Shown here one piece after another: positions 63,045 through 64,000 of a stretch of DNA of 64,000 bases. The stretch spans positions 608,001-672,000 of the forward strand of contig CAVXTM010000018.1 in NCBI GenBank assembly GCA_963764725.1, read 5' to 3'. Numbering within the stretch: position 1 is the first letter of the stretch; the number at the start of each line of letters is the position of its first letter. The stretch comes from an uncultured Gammaproteobacteria bacterium (GTDB lineage Bacteria; Pseudomonadota; Gammaproteobacteria; JACCXJ01). The position numbers were made by a program, and so were the translations under genes. The notes under the pieces were generated by a model, which made no database searches, was not told the DNA's origin, and saw nothing but the letters and a program-made list of their open reading frames with translations.

Positions 63045-63161
63045 TACCCGATCGGGCGTCCAGGACCACCCCAAACCGTGCTCGATGAGCTCGCGAGACA
63101 TGGTTGCTATGCGCTTGGCATCCGATAGCCTGGCGAGCCCGAGTTCAACGTGTTCAGTCAT
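63045..63161 (-). pseudogene. GNAT acetyltransferase 5' fragment
   Basis: LARLSDAKRIATMSRELIEHGLGWSWTPDRV. Confidence 0.5.
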
Positions 63162-63406
63162 TCAATGCGTACCAGCGTAAGCGAACCAATGTTCGAAGGA
63201 GGAGCGAACAAGGTTCTATGCCCGGTCACGCGGCTTTACCCACCGCTTCCCGGCGTTTAGTCTCCCAGGCACTCGCCAAAATCTTCCACATCCATCGCTT
63301 GCGGCGAAGAGACCAGCTAACGTTTCCTGCAGGGTGTCCAGCTTAAACCTCCCAACCTGCAAGGGCCGTTTTACGGGGCTCGCTGTCCGCGCTTTGCACC
63401 GACAAG

Positions 63407-64000
63407 CTATATTCCCCATCCCGCCACCGGGAGAATCTGTCCTGTGATGCCTGCTGCCGCGTCGGATCCGAGAAAGAGCACCGCTTGCGCAATGTCTTCT
63501 CGTCGCGTCCATTTAGCAAGGTCCTTGGGCTTCATCGCAGTGATGTTGGACGCCGTGTCCACTAAGCCGGGCGCCACGGCGTTCACCCGAATCTTGGCAT
63601 CCCGTCCCTCCAGGGCAAACGTTTGGGTCAGCGCTTCGATTGCGGCTTTGGCACAATTGTAGGCCACCATGTTGGCTTGAGGGCGCGCGGCGCGCGAGAA
63701 GTTAACAATGCACCCGCCGCCACTTTCCCGCATGTGGGAAAACACCGCGCGAGAGCAAAGAAATGCGGTGAGAAGATTGTTGTTGATTTCGGCGTTCCAG
63801 TCATTGAGGGTGTGATCGATCGTAGACTTGTACCGGGTCAAACCGCCCGCGAGGTTGACCAATATGTGAATCCTGCCATAGTGAGCGATCATACGCTCTA
63901 CAGCCTGGCCGACCTGGGTTTCATCGGTGAGATCTCCCTGAAAAGCCAGCACCTTCGCGCCTTCTGCCTCAAGCTCTTTGGCACGCGCTTCAACGTTTTT
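63407..64000 (-). CDS. SDR family oxidoreductase; 5' end beyond the window
   Basis: LVNLAGG, YNCAK, IRVNAVAPG, ITGQ. Confidence 0.9.
   Translation of the reverse strand, partial: KNVEARAKELEAEGAKVLAFQGDLTDETQVGQAVERMIAHYGRIHILVNLAGGLTRYKSTIDHTLNDWNAEINNNLLTAFLCSRAVFSHMRESGGGCIVNFSRAARPQANMVAYNCAKAAIEALTQTFALEGRDAKIRVNAVAPGLVDTASNITAMKPKDLAKWTRREDIAQAVLFLGSDAAAGITGQILPVAGWGI

Overview
GC-rich bacterial accessory region; gene content suggests a proteobacterium (inference). No rRNA, intact tRNA or CRISPR array was seen. Positions 1-15.9 kb look like a defence and mobility hotspot. They hold a TIR-NACHT (NLR-like) gene running off the left edge, which the ORF track misses, and a large PD-(D/E)XK-like protein. 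They also hold a small PWNKG-type tyrosine recombinase (one frameshifted copy, one truncated copy) and three integron-type gene cassettes with attC sites, but no integron integrase. The most striking structure is a short attI-like element. It is apparently empty at about 1871-2040 and cassette-filled at 12280-13995, and its 57-bp right arm occurs three times, each starting exactly at an attC crossover GTT. A family of short degenerate sites (AATG.C.(G/C)CT..(G/C)GG(T/C)C...) flanks the recombinase and other cargo genes. The rest of the window is a mosaic of cell-wall genes (amgK, ald, ycbK/ldtD-like), general-stress and repair genes (BON, DUF892, PA2169, rtcB, topoisomerase IB, cls, PQQ sugar dehydrogenase), toxin-antitoxin and restriction remnants, and many gene fragments and IS relics (IS91/ISCR, IS256, integrase-core IS, RAYT). 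About a dozen 1-2 nt frameshifts could be long-read errors rather than real pseudogenisation. All family calls come from motif recognition by eye; no database searches were run.
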